Under the pieces are notes generated by a model. It was given only the letters and a program-made list of their open reading frames with translations. It had not been told where the DNA came from and did no database searches. The position numbers were made by a program, and so were the translations under genes. A DNA stretch of 64,000 nt from an uncultured delta proteobacterium (GTDB taxonomy: Bacteria; Desulfobacterota; Desulfobacteria; Desulfobacterales; JAHEIW01), in assembly GCA_963706575.1 (NCBI GenBank), contig CAVPNL010000014.1:64001-128000 (forward strand), read 5' to 3'. This document shows positions 8,254 through 18,158 of this stretch, in pieces; the first letter of the stretch is position 1; each line of letters opens with the position of its first letter.

Positions 8254-10356
8254 ATGGCCCTAAAACGCATCACCAAGCATCCCATCCTGGATATTCCGGA
8301 AAATAAAGAAGTCGCCTTTACCTGGAATGGGAAAAAGTTGACCGGGTATGAAGGCGAAATGATATCGTCAGCTCTTTTTGCCAACGACATTCACATATTC
8401 GGCCATCATCCCAAGGATAACAGCCCCCAGGGTATGTTTTGTGCCAATGGGCAGTGCTCTCAATGCCTGGTTATTGCCGATGGCCTGCCGGTCAAGTCGT
8501 GCATGACGCCCCTGGTGGAGGGCATGGCCGTTGGAAGTGTCGAAGGGCTGCCCCAACTGCCGGCAGATGATACCGAACCTCGAATCCCAGCGGTGGCCAT
8601 TAGAGAGGTGGACGTTTTGATCATCGGTGCCGGCCCGGCGGGACTGGCGGCGGCGGTGGAGCTGGGCAAGCTGGGAGTCGAAACCCTGCTCATCGATGAT
8701 AAAGACCGGGCCGGGGGAAAACTGGTTCTGCAGACCCATAAGTTCTTCGGCTCGGTTGAAGATTCTTATGCGGGGACCCGCGGCTTTGAAATCGCGGCCA
8801 TTTTAGAAGAAGAGATCGCCAAACTGGCGTCGGTTGAAATCTGGCTCAATACCACAGCGGTGGGTGTTTTTTCAGATAATATTATCGGTGCTGTTCAAAA
8901 TGCTAAAACCATCCGCTACAAGCAAATAAGGCCTAAGAAGCTGCTGATCGCCACCGGCGCCAGAGAAAAAATGCTGTCGTTTCCGGGAAACACCTTGCCG
9001 GGGGTTTACGGTGCCGGTGCGTTTCAAACACTGGTCAATCGCGATCTGATAAAATCCTCTGAAAAGGTGCTTATCGTCGGCGGCGGCAATGTGGGGCTCA
9101 TCGCCGGCTATCATGCCATCCAGGCCGGCATCGAGGTGGTGGCGCTCATTGAAGCCTTACCTCAGGTCGGCGGTTATAAGGTGCATGCCGACAAACTCAA
9201 GCGGCTGGGGGTGCCGATTTTGACCGGTCACACCGTTGTGGCGGCCGGTGGAAAGAAAAAAGTGGAAACCGTCACCGTTGCCCGCCTGGATCGGAACTGG
9301 AAGGTCGTGCCGGATACCCATAAAACATTTGAAGTGGATACTGTCCTGATTGCGGTCGGTCTGGCCGAAGTCAACGAATTTTATTTAAAAGCCAAAAAGT
9401 GGCAAATGGATGTCTTTTGTGCGGGAGACGCCCAGGAAATTGCCGAAGCGTCCGCGGCGATGTTCACCGGCAAAATCGAAGGTCTGAAAATCGCCCAATC
9501 CCTCGGGTTGCCGGTCGGCAAGATCCCCGCTGAGTGGGATCAGAAAGCCATCATCTTAAAATCCAAGCCGGGGCCCGCTGTGAGCCGCAAGCAACCGGCC
9601 CGGGAGCAGGGAGTTTTTCCGATTTTTCACTGTTATCAGGAAGTCCCCTGCAATCCCTGCGCGTCGGTTTGTCCGGTCGACGCCATTCGAACCGAGCAGG
9701 ATGAAATCACCGGTCTGCCCTATATCACCGATTTGGATGCCTGTACCGGCTGCGGCAGCTGCGTGGCCGTTTGCCCGGGGCTGTCGATGGTCCTGGTCGA
9801 TTACCGCGAGGACCCCGAGCATCCGCTGGTCACCCTGCCCTATGAAATCTGGCGCGAACGGGTTGAAGTCGGCCAGAAAGTGCCGATCACCGATGTGGAC
9901 GGTGCTATCCTGGGATATTATCCCGTAGAAAAAGTATCGACCCGGCGAAAATATCCAGGCACCCTGCTGGTACGGATAAAAGTCGATAAAAAAGTGGCCA
10001 AAGCGGCCATGGGCATCTGGGTACAGGAAAAACAAACGGAACCCTCCCGGATTTATGAAAAAGAGCTGCCGCCGGATGACGCCATCATCTGTCGTTGTGA
10101 GCGTATAACCGCCGGTGAAATCAAAGCGGCCATCCGCAAGGGCGTCAGAGATATCAACCAACTGAAAGCCTTGACCCGGGTCGGCATGGGTGCCTGTGGT
10201 TCAAAGACCTGCCGGCCGATGATCTGGCGGATCTTTCAGGAAGAAGACATTGATCTGGAAACGGTAACGGATCGGGTCGATCGGCCCCTGTTTGTCGAGG
10301 TTCCGCTCGGGATACTGGCCGGGAAACGCAAAGGAGGTCGCCGTGCAAACAAGTGA
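8254..10356 (+). CDS. Multidomain FAD/Fe-S oxidoreductase (sarcosine oxidase alpha / proline dehydrogenase PDH2 alpha-gamma-delta-like fusion)
   Basis: N-terminal [2Fe-2S] (FCANGQCSQC), two Rossmann motifs (GAGPAG, GGGNVG), 2x[4Fe-4S] domain, C-terminal BFD-like CRCE...GMGACG..C. Confidence 0.85.
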   Translation: MALKRITKHPILDIPENKEVAFTWNGKKLTGYEGEMISSALFANDIHIFGHHPKDNSPQGMFCANGQCSQCLVIADGLPVKSCMTPLVEGMAVGSVEGLPQLPADDTEPRIPAVAIREVDVLIIGAGPAGLAAAVELGKLGVETLLIDDKDRAGGKLVLQTHKFFGSVEDSYAGTRGFEIAAILEEEIAKLASVEIWLNTTAVGVFSDNIIGAVQNAKTIRYKQIRPKKLLIATGAREKMLSFPGNTLPGVYGAGAFQTLVNRDLIKSSEKVLIVGGGNVGLIAGYHAIQAGIEVVALIEALPQVGGYKVHADKLKRLGVPILTGHTVVAAGGKKKVETVTVARLDRNWKVVPDTHKTFEVDTVLIAVGLAEVNEFYLKAKKWQMDVFCAGDAQEIAEASAAMFTGKIEGLKIAQSLGLPVGKIPAEWDQKAIILKSKPGPAVSRKQPAREQGVFPIFHCYQEVPCNPCASVCPVDAIRTEQDEITGLPYITDLDACTGCGSCVAVCPGLSMVLVDYREDPEHPLVTLPYEIWRERVEVGQKVPITDVDGAILGYYPVEKVSTRRKYPGTLLVRIKVDKKVAKAAMGIWVQEKQTEPSRIYEKELPPDDAIICRCERITAGEIKAAIRKGVRDINQLKALTRVGMGACGSKTCRPMIWRIFQEEDIDLETVTDRVDRPLFVEVPLGILAGKRKGGRRANK

Positions 10357-11494
10357 TGTCATCCTTGTCGGGGCCGGGTCGGTGGGCACGCCGACAGCCG
10401 TGGCCTTAGCTGAACTGGGTATTAAGACCCGGGTGATCGATATGCATCCGTCACCGGGCCAGGGCGAAAACAAACACGCCATCGGCGGCATCCGGGCTAC
10501 CCATTCGGATCCGGTTAAAATTCTGACCTGTCGGCGGTCGCTGGAAATATTCGCAAGCTGGGAAAAACGGTACGGCGACGACATCGAATGGCTCAAAGGC
10601 GGCTATGTTTTCCCGGTTTACCGCAAATCCGATGAAACCATGTTAAAAAAACTGCTGCCGGTCCAGCACAAATTCGGCCTCAACATCGATTATCTGGGGC
10701 CAAAAGAAATCCAGGAGGTGATACCGGGTATAAATCCAAAGGGGTTGCGGGGGGGCACCGTTTCACCGGATGATGGCTCGATCTCGCCGTTATTGGCGGT
10801 GAACGCCTTTTATCGCCGGGCCGTCGATCTGGGCGTCGAGTTTCATTTCAAGGAGCGCGTTCGCAAAATACGGGTTAAGGAAGACAAAGTGATCGGCGTG
10901 GAAACCGATCAGTCTGAATATAGCGCCCCAATTGTTGTTGATACGGCCGGACCTTTTTCAACGGAGTTGGGCCGGACTGTCGGCATCGACCTTCCGGTGG
11001 TTCCGGATTCCCACGAAGCCGCCGTCACAGAACCGGTCAGGCCGTTTTTTAAGTGCATGGTGGTGGACATCCGCCCCGGGCCGGGATCAAAAAATTTTTA
11101 TTTCTACCAGAATCTGCACGGACAGGTGATTTTTTGCATCACCCCCGACCCGCCCATCATCGGAACAGACAAAGGGGAAACTTCCATATTTCTGCCCCAG
11201 GTCAGTGCCCGCATCGTGCACCTGCTTCCACGGCTTAAAAATCTTAGAGTGCGCCGAACCTGGCGCGGTCTTTATCCGATGACCCCGGACGGCGCACCGG
11301 TGGTGGGATGGAACCGCCGGATTCGCGGTCTGCTGCACGCCACCGGGATGTGCGGCCAGGGGTTGATGCTGGGACCGGGGACCGGGGAAGTGGTTGCCCG
11401 CATGATCTCGGATCAGACCACCGATGACGATCAAATGATTTTAGAAGCGTTCTCGCCTTACAGAAAATTCAAAGGGCAGGAAGCACTCAAGTGA
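10343..11494 (+). CDS. DAO-family FAD oxidoreductase (sarcosine oxidase beta / dye-linked proline dehydrogenase catalytic subunit-like)
   Basis: GAGSVG, WRGLYPMTPDG and GMCGQGLMLGP motifs; GTG start after AAGGAGG. Confidence 0.85.
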   Translation: MQTSDVILVGAGSVGTPTAVALAELGIKTRVIDMHPSPGQGENKHAIGGIRATHSDPVKILTCRRSLEIFASWEKRYGDDIEWLKGGYVFPVYRKSDETMLKKLLPVQHKFGLNIDYLGPKEIQEVIPGINPKGLRGGTVSPDDGSISPLLAVNAFYRRAVDLGVEFHFKERVRKIRVKEDKVIGVETDQSEYSAPIVVDTAGPFSTELGRTVGIDLPVVPDSHEAAVTEPVRPFFKCMVVDIRPGPGSKNFYFYQNLHGQVIFCITPDPPIIGTDKGETSIFLPQVSARIVHLLPRLKNLRVRRTWRGLYPMTPDGAPVVGWNRRIRGLLHATGMCGQGLMLGPGTGEVVARMISDQTTDDDQMILEAFSPYRKFKGQEALK

Positions 11495-11590
11495 TTGGTC
11501 AAATGGTTAAATGGTCGATTCGTCAAATAGTTAAAAAAAGATATCATCCAATAACCAATTGACTATTCGACCATTTAACTAATTAACCAA
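11495..11590. repeat. Inverted 8-mer array (TGGTCAAA / TTGACCAA type)
   Basis: Degenerate 8-mer tandem arms in opposite orientation. Confidence 0.7.
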
Positions 11591-11693
11591 AATTGAGGCT
11601 TGATTGAGAATCGGCTTAAATGTATAGAGAAGATTTTAAACATTTTAAATAACCAGTAACCAGCTGTGCCAGTAACCCATTAAGGAGTAAAAA

Positions 11694-13835
11694 ATGCCGG
11701 ATTACAATTTGAAAGAAACCCAAACCCTGGAATATAAGAGACCCGATGTTGTAAAGGGCTATGCCGATCAGACCTTATATATCAATCTTTCGGATCCGCA
11801 GATCGAAATTAAACCGGTCGCCGAAGAAACCAAAAAAACATTTATCGGCGGCAAAGGATATGATCTCTGGCTGTTGTGGAATGCGGTTCAGCCTTCCACC
11901 CGGTGGAATGATCCTGAAAATGCCCTGTGTATTGCGGCCGGCCCGCTGGGGGGGACGCCCATTTATCCGGGTTCCGGTAAAAGCATCGTGGCGACCCTTT
12001 CACCGACAACGGGATCGGTAATGGATTCCAACGTTGGCGGATATTTCGGCCCCTATCTTAAATTTTCCGGTTTCGATGCCCTCGAAATCCAGGGCAAAAG
12101 TGCAAAAGAAATGGTCGTTTTTATCGACGGCGTCAATCAAAAAGTCCAGATCTTTGAAACCAGTGGTCTGCCGGAAAACGCCTACGAACTGTCCGCAATT
12201 TTAACCGAGCACTTTGCCCAGGGAAAACCACGAAATATTTCGGTGGTATCGACCGGCCCCGGGGCTAAAAACACCTTAATCGGCTGCCTCAATTTTACCT
12301 GGTATGATCCCAAACGCAAACGCGCCCGATACAAGCAGGCCGGCCGCGGCGGTGTCGGGACCGTTTTTGCCGACAAGGGACTGAAAGCAGTGGTGGCCTG
12401 CTGGAACAATGTCACCGCCGATACCAATGCCCCGGCGGACAAAGCCCGTCTGAAAACGGTGGCCAAAATGCATTCGCGCGAAGTCGTGGAACTGGATCCC
12501 AAGCAAAACGAAATGGCCAAAATCGGCACCACCCATCTGGTCACCATTATGAATGACCACGACCTGCTGCCGACCCACAATTTTCGTTACGGCCAGCACG
12601 CCCAGGCCCCCAACCTGGGACAGAAAGTGTACCGGCTCCTGTTTGATCCGGGTTTTGACGGCTGTTGGATGGGCTGCACTGTAGCCTGCTCGCACGGTAT
12701 CAAGGATTTTGTCCCCCTAACCGGACCTTATAAAGGTAAAAAAGTTTTTGTCGACGGACCCGAGTACGAAACCATCGCCGGCTGCGGCTCGAATCTGGGC
12801 ATATTCGATCCTCATACGGTTGCCGAAATGAATTTCTATTGTGATGCCTACGGCCTGGATACGATATCGGTGGGGACCGGAATTGCCTTTGCCATGGAAT
12901 GCTTTGAAATGGGATTGATCAACGAAACCCATACCGGCGGTTTGGACCTTCACTTCGGCAACCGGCTCGGTGCCCTGGAACTGGTGCACCAAATGGCGGC
13001 CGGCGAAGGCTTCGGCCAAATCGTCGGCCAGGGGGTCCGCATAATGAAAGCCATTTTCGCAAAAGATTTCGGGGCGGATGCGGATATTATGCAGGATATC
13101 GGTATGGAAGCCAAAGGGCTGGAATTTTCGGAATATATGACCAAGGAATCTTTGGCCCAGCAGGGCGGTTACGGACTGGCGCTGAAAGGCCCGCAGCATG
13201 ACGAAGCTTGGCTCATATTTCTGGATATGGTTCATAACTTTATGCCAACTTTCGAGCAAAAAGCAGAAGCACTGCACTGGTTCCCCATGTTTCGAACCTG
13301 GTTCGGGCTCTGCGGCCTGTGCAAGCTGCCCTGGAATGATGTCATTCCGGAAGATAACAAAGCCACTCCCGAACCGGCCAAGGTAATGAAACATGTCCAG
13401 TGGTATGCGGATTATTTCAGTGCCATTACCGGTAACGAATCCGGTCCCGAGGATCTGATTAAAATGAGCGAATCCGTTTATAATTTTCAGCGGATATTTA
13501 ACCTGCGGATGGGTTTCGGCCGCCGCCAACACGATGCGATTCCCTACCGCGCTGTGGGACCGGTGACCGAAGATGAATATGAATCCCGCGCCGAGCGTTA
13601 CGATAAACAGCTGACTGAAACGTATAAGATGGATATCGACGGTAAAAGTACCGCTGAAAAACTTGCCACTTTGCGCAAACACCGCGAAGAACAATACGAA
13701 AAACTCAAGGATGCGGTTTATAAGCGCAGAGGATGGACACCGGATGGGATTCCGACACAAAAAACCGCCAAACGCCTCGGAATCGATTTTGATGAAGTCG
13801 TGGAATTGCTCAAGGCCAACGGAGTGAATTCATGA
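11694..13835 (+). CDS. aor: Tungsten-dependent aldehyde:ferredoxin oxidoreductase family protein
   Basis: AGRGG, CxxxCxxxC, EYET, DAYGLDT and GLC motifs; followed by a MoaD-like gene. Confidence 0.9.
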   Translation: MPDYNLKETQTLEYKRPDVVKGYADQTLYINLSDPQIEIKPVAEETKKTFIGGKGYDLWLLWNAVQPSTRWNDPENALCIAAGPLGGTPIYPGSGKSIVATLSPTTGSVMDSNVGGYFGPYLKFSGFDALEIQGKSAKEMVVFIDGVNQKVQIFETSGLPENAYELSAILTEHFAQGKPRNISVVSTGPGAKNTLIGCLNFTWYDPKRKRARYKQAGRGGVGTVFADKGLKAVVACWNNVTADTNAPADKARLKTVAKMHSREVVELDPKQNEMAKIGTTHLVTIMNDHDLLPTHNFRYGQHAQAPNLGQKVYRLLFDPGFDGCWMGCTVACSHGIKDFVPLTGPYKGKKVFVDGPEYETIAGCGSNLGIFDPHTVAEMNFYCDAYGLDTISVGTGIAFAMECFEMGLINETHTGGLDLHFGNRLGALELVHQMAAGEGFGQIVGQGVRIMKAIFAKDFGADADIMQDIGMEAKGLEFSEYMTKESLAQQGGYGLALKGPQHDEAWLIFLDMVHNFMPTFEQKAEALHWFPMFRTWFGLCGLCKLPWNDVIPEDNKATPEPAKVMKHVQWYADYFSAITGNESGPEDLIKMSESVYNFQRIFNLRMGFGRRQHDAIPYRAVGPVTEDEYESRAERYDKQLTETYKMDIDGKSTAEKLATLRKHREEQYEKLKDAVYKRRGWTPDGIPTQKTAKRLGIDFDEVVELLKANGVNS

Positions 13836-14029
13836 TTGAGGTGGCCGGCAAGCAGATGGCCTGGCAGGAAGGTATGACGGTTTCAGACCTGCTCGAGGCG
13901 CTTAAAGATCCGCACCCTTATGCCGTGGTCCGTATAAACGAGCAGTACGTCACCCAACCCAATTTCGAGCATACTCTCATCCCCGATGATGCAGAAGTCT
14001 TTTTGATTCCGATGATTGCCGGGGGGTAA
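13832..14029 (+). CDS. MoaD/ThiS-family sulfur carrier protein
   Basis: 65 aa ending IAGG; overlaps the aor stop. Confidence 0.9.
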   Translation: MIEVAGKQMAWQEGMTVSDLLEALKDPHPYAVVRINEQYVTQPNFEHTLIPDDAEVFLIPMIAGG

Positions 14030-14035
14030 GCTGGC

Positions 14036-14164
14036 GCTGGCACATGGCATAGGGCATAGCGCATAGCGAAAACGATTAGCGCTATGCCGCATTATTGCTA
14101 CGCCATGCTCTCTGCCCTATGCGCTATGCCTTTCCCTTCAGGCCCTATGCGCTATGCGCCATGC
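14036..14164. repeat. Inverted 7-mer array (GCATAGC / GCTATGC)
   Basis: Related arrays at 40428 and 59209. Confidence 0.75.
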
Positions 14165-14687
14165 TTTTTTTTCTTTGACACCCGCAGTTCCGCCAGCCCG
14201 GTCCCATTCTTATCTGTTCCTTGATGTTCATGATGGCTTCAGAATTTGCAATCCGGTTAAGGATGTGATATTCTTAATAATCATTAACATACACGCCACG
14301 AAGGCCAGAAAAAAACGCCGGATATTCAAACTTAAGTTTTTAGTGGTAGGCTCCGATATTAACTAGAACCCCAATTGAGTGTTTATCGCTCAATTCGGAG
14401 AGAACCCTTGTTCTTTGTCAAATGATAACCGTATCAGGCGGATAAGCGTCACCGGATCTCAAAAGCTGCGGCATTTTTCCAGGGAGGTTTCGAACCAGGC
14501 CCCCTGACGGTAAATCTGCAAATCGGATGTGAACTCCACAGCCACCCGTGCCAGGGATGGCGACTTGCTCTTGGATATTCCGTGAAATATCTTGACTTAT
14601 CTTGGATTATGTAATTAATTTTATGCACCTGCATTGATTTTGTTGAAAACTTCATTGCTAAAATAACCAAGAGGGCACAAAGTTCAC

Positions 14688-14987
14688 ATGCTTATATTTA
14701 GAAATCTGTTAGTTGCGGTAGCAACGGTGCTTGAATATGTGCTGGTTTTTTTTATGTTCATCACGATTGCCCGCGCAGTCCTGTCATGGGTAAGCCCGGA
14801 TCCATACAACCCGATCGTGCGTTTTATTCATAATGTGACGGAACCGGTCCTTTATCAAATTCGCAAAAGATTGCCGATGATGTATGGCGGCATCGATTTT
14901 TCTCCGATTGTTGTAATTCTCATCATCATTTTTCTGCGAATCTTTTTGGTCGACAGCCTGGAAGGCTTGGCTAACTCTTTAAGATAA
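14688..14987 (+). CDS. yggT: YggT family membrane protein
   Basis: LSWVSPDPYNP...TEPVL...IDFSP motif. Confidence 0.93.
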   Translation: MLIFRNLLVAVATVLEYVLVFFMFITIARAVLSWVSPDPYNPIVRFIHNVTEPVLYQIRKRLPMMYGGIDFSPIVVILIIIFLRIFLVDSLEGLANSLR

Positions 14988-15009
14988 GAGGAAAGGCAGG
15001 TGCACACCA

Positions 15010-15513
15010 ATGAAAGTTACCCCCCTTGACATCCAGCAGCAGCAATTCAAAACTCGATTCCGTGGGTTTGACATTCGAGAGGTTGATACCTTCCTGGAGC
15101 AGATGGCGGAGACTGTCGAAAGTCTGCAGAAAAAAAACCAGAATCTGGGTGACGAAGTTCGGCGGTTGGAACTGGAAATCCAGGGATATCGCAAGCGGGA
15201 AGAAACCTTCAAAAGGGCCTTACTTAATTCTCAAAAAGTATTGGACCAGATGAAAGATAACGCCCGCAGATCGGCCGAACTGATTATCGCTGAAGCTGAG
15301 GTGAAAGCTGAAAAAATTCTGAACAAAGCCCACAATCGTCTGTCACAGCTGCACGAAGATATTATGGAGCTGAAACGACAGCGGACTCAAATCGAGGTTC
15401 AGATCAGTTCGATCATCGAAGCACATTCCAGATTGCTCGAAATTGGAAAAGAAGGCATGAAAGAATCGGACGAGGAAGATGCCAAAGTCAAATTGCTGAA
15501 AAAATCGAGCTAG
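15010..15513 (+). CDS. divIVA: DivIVA domain coiled-coil protein
   Basis: TPLDI...F...FRGFD..EVD.FL N-terminus. Confidence 0.9.
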   Translation: MKVTPLDIQQQQFKTRFRGFDIREVDTFLEQMAETVESLQKKNQNLGDEVRRLELEIQGYRKREETFKRALLNSQKVLDQMKDNARRSAELIIAEAEVKAEKILNKAHNRLSQLHEDIMELKRQRTQIEVQISSIIEAHSRLLEIGKEGMKESDEEDAKVKLLKKSS

Positions 15514-15528
15514 AAGCAGGAACATTCA

Positions 15529-15630
15529 ATAAGACCGCCTGAAACGAATGCACGGGAGCATCCAGTATGCGGGTCAACATGCTCTCGAATGTTAGTTGTA
15601 AACGTTTGCTTTCGTTTCAGGCGGTCTTAT
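15529..15630. mobile_element. 102-bp MITE-like element with 20-bp perfect terminal inverted repeats
   Basis: ATAAGACCGCCTGAAACGAA...TTCGTTTCAGGCGGTCTTAT. Confidence 0.6.
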
Positions 15631-15701
15631 CAGAACTAGAGAACCAGAAGAGATACCGAACACAACCTCAAACCAGATTGTTGCGAAACCAGGAGTGGTG
15701 A

Positions 15702-16784
15702 ATGGCAAAAATTGATGCATTTTTTAAACTGATGAATGAACAGGGTGCTTCGGACTTACACCTGGCTTCCGGGCAACCCCCGGCACTTAGAATCAGAGGC
15801 GATATTGAACGGATCAAATACAAAGTCCTCAATAGCGATGACCTCAGGGCCATGCTCTACGAAATCGCCCCGGAGCACAAGGTCAAAGTATTTGAAGAAT
15901 CGGGGGATATTGATTTTGCATACGAAATCCCGGGCCTGGCCCGTTATCGCGCCAATTTTTTTATGCAACGAAACGGCGTGGGCGCCGTCTTCCGGGAAAT
16001 TCCCAGCACGATCATGACAGCCGAACAATTGGGTCTGCCGGCAGTCGTATCAAAACTGGCCACGCTTCCCAGAGGTCTGGTGCTGGTGACCGGACCGACC
16101 GGCAGCGGCAAATCCACCACTTTGGCATCCATTATCGATGTGGCCAATCGCGCTCGCAAAGATCATATCATTACGGTGGAAGACCCCATCGAATTTGTTC
16201 ATCAGAGTCAAAGCTGTATTGTAAACCATCGCGAGGTTGGCCTCCATACTGAAACCTTTTCGGCCGCATTGCGCGGTGCGTTGCGTGAAGACCCGGATAT
16301 TATTCTGGTTGGCGAAATGCGCGACCTTGAAACCATTTCCCTGGCCGTTGAAGCTGCTTCAACCGGACATTTGGTTTTCTCCACCCTGCACACTTCCAGC
16401 GCTTATAAAACCGTCGACCGTGTCATCGAAGTCTTCCCGTCCCATGAACAGCCCTTGATTCGCTCGACCCTGTCGGACGGGCTAAGGGCCGTCATCGCCC
16501 AAACCCTTTTTAAGCGAGTCGATCGTAAGGGGCGAATCGTGGCCCTCGAAATTTTAATCGCCAATCCGGCAGTTCGCAACCTGATCCGTGAAGGCAAAAC
16601 CCACCAGATACCGTCCATGATTCAAACCGGGAAAAAATACGGCATGGTTTTGCTGGATGACTACATAATGCAGTTGTACAAAGGCGGTAAAATTAGTGCC
16701 GATGAAGCCTATGCCAAAGCCAATGAAAAGGCAAAATTCAGGCCTTTGCTCAGTGCGCCACCGACGGATTTTACCGAGGTCTGA
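15702..16784 (+). CDS. pilT: Type IV pilus retraction ATPase
   Basis: GPTGSGKS, EDPIE, LREDPD, TGHLV.STLH and AVRNLIRE motifs. Confidence 0.95.
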   Translation: MAKIDAFFKLMNEQGASDLHLASGQPPALRIRGDIERIKYKVLNSDDLRAMLYEIAPEHKVKVFEESGDIDFAYEIPGLARYRANFFMQRNGVGAVFREIPSTIMTAEQLGLPAVVSKLATLPRGLVLVTGPTGSGKSTTLASIIDVANRARKDHIITVEDPIEFVHQSQSCIVNHREVGLHTETFSAALRGALREDPDIILVGEMRDLETISLAVEAASTGHLVFSTLHTSSAYKTVDRVIEVFPSHEQPLIRSTLSDGLRAVIAQTLFKRVDRKGRIVALEILIANPAVRNLIREGKTHQIPSMIQTGKKYGMVLLDDYIMQLYKGGKISADEAYAKANEKAKFRPLLSAPPTDFTEV

Positions 16785-16829
16785 TTTGACAAATTGAGTA
16801 GACGTTTTCTTTGGATATATTGATATTTA

Positions 16830-16914
16830 ACCACGAAGGGCACGAAGCATACAAAGCATAGAACAAAAATTTTTAATCTTAGTATATCTTCGTGTCCTTA
16901 GTGTTCTTCGTGGT
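16830..16914. repeat. Inverted 9-mer array (CACGAAGnn / nnCTTCGTG)
   Basis: accacgaagggcacgaag...cttcgtgtccttagtgttcttcgtggt. Confidence 0.75.
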
Positions 16915-16973
16915 GATTTCCATAAAACAATTTGGCAGGCTAACCCATTATATAAGACAATAAAGGTTGCACC

Positions 16974-18140
16974 ATGAAAAAACAGGAAATCGACCATATA
17001 CTGGTCAAAATGCTTGATTATCATCGGGAGGTTTCGGACCTGAACTTTACGGTGGGCAAACCCATGCAGGTGGAAAGCGCCGGTGAATTGATTCCGGTTG
17101 ATTTTAAGCCCAACTTTAAGGCGCTGACCCCCTTTCAGACCGAAGTCATTGCCATGAATCTCATCGACCAGGACCGTCGTCTGACAAAGGCACTGCTGAC
17201 CACCGGCTCCTGCGACATGTCTTACAGTCTGCCGGGCAAAGCCCGCTTCCGCGTGAACATATTTTCCCAGGGTGCCAACATCTCCATCGTCCTGCGGAAA
17301 CTGGAATCCAAAATTCCGACTATCGAGGAGCGTGAACTTCCCAAAACCATGTTCCAGATTGCCAAGGATGTCAACGGGATCGTGTTTGTCACCGGTGCCA
17401 CCGGATCCGGTAAAACCACCACCCTGGCAGCCATCCTCGATGAAATCAACGAAAACAAATCGGTGCATATCATCACCTTGGAAGATCCGGTTGAATATCA
17501 ACACCCCCATAAGAAATCCACCTTCAACCAGCGCGAGCTGGGCATGGATTTTGACACCTATGCCCATGGCCTGCGGGCGGCTTTGCGCCAGGCGCCCAAG
17601 GTGATTCTGGTCGGCGAGATGCGCGATCGCGAGACGATCGAGATCGGCCTGCGGGCGGCCGAAACCGGCCATCTGGTTTTAACCACGCTGCACACCGTGG
17701 ATGCCGGCTCAACGGTAAATCGTCTTTTGGGTATGTTCTCCACCGAAGATGCCGAACAGATTCGCATCCGTCTGGCCGATACCATGCGCTGGGTCGTATC
17801 CCAGCGGCTGCTGCCCAAGGTGGGAGGCGGTCGGGTGGCCACCTTTGAAATTCTGGGGAGTAATCTGAGGGTCAAGGACCTGATTTTGCATGGGGAGTCG
17901 GAAGGCAAAACATTTTACGAAATCATGGAGGCCAGCAATGCGTTTGGCATGATCACCTTCGACCAGCACATTATCGGCCTGTTCGAACAGGGTCTGATTT
18001 CCCAGGAAACGGCGTTGGGGTATTGCTCCCAAAAAGGTGTGGTGGGCCGCGGTATCGACTCCATCAAAAGTGCCCGCGGGGAGGCCACCACCGATATCGG
18101 AAATCTTGAGATCGATCGAAACTATGCTAAATCCGTTTAA
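16974..18140 (+). CDS. pilU: PilT/PilU-family type IV pilus ATPase (second paralog)
   Basis: Walker A GATGSGKT, Asp and His boxes, no AIRNLIRE motif. Confidence 0.8.
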   Translation: MKKQEIDHILVKMLDYHREVSDLNFTVGKPMQVESAGELIPVDFKPNFKALTPFQTEVIAMNLIDQDRRLTKALLTTGSCDMSYSLPGKARFRVNIFSQGANISIVLRKLESKIPTIEERELPKTMFQIAKDVNGIVFVTGATGSGKTTTLAAILDEINENKSVHIITLEDPVEYQHPHKKSTFNQRELGMDFDTYAHGLRAALRQAPKVILVGEMRDRETIEIGLRAAETGHLVLTTLHTVDAGSTVNRLLGMFSTEDAEQIRIRLADTMRWVVSQRLLPKVGGGRVATFEILGSNLRVKDLILHGESEGKTFYEIMEASNAFGMITFDQHIIGLFEQGLISQETALGYCSQKGVVGRGIDSIKSARGEATTDIGNLEIDRNYAKSV

Positions 18141-18158
18141 GGTTGAGGAATAACCGTT

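Noticed and set aside
12717..13760. Long antisense ORFs (347 aa here; also 16827-17672, 36869-37738, 40467-41231, 43420-44268, 54877-55512)
   Set aside because: Shadow frames of well-supported genes on the opposite strand with no recognisable motifs
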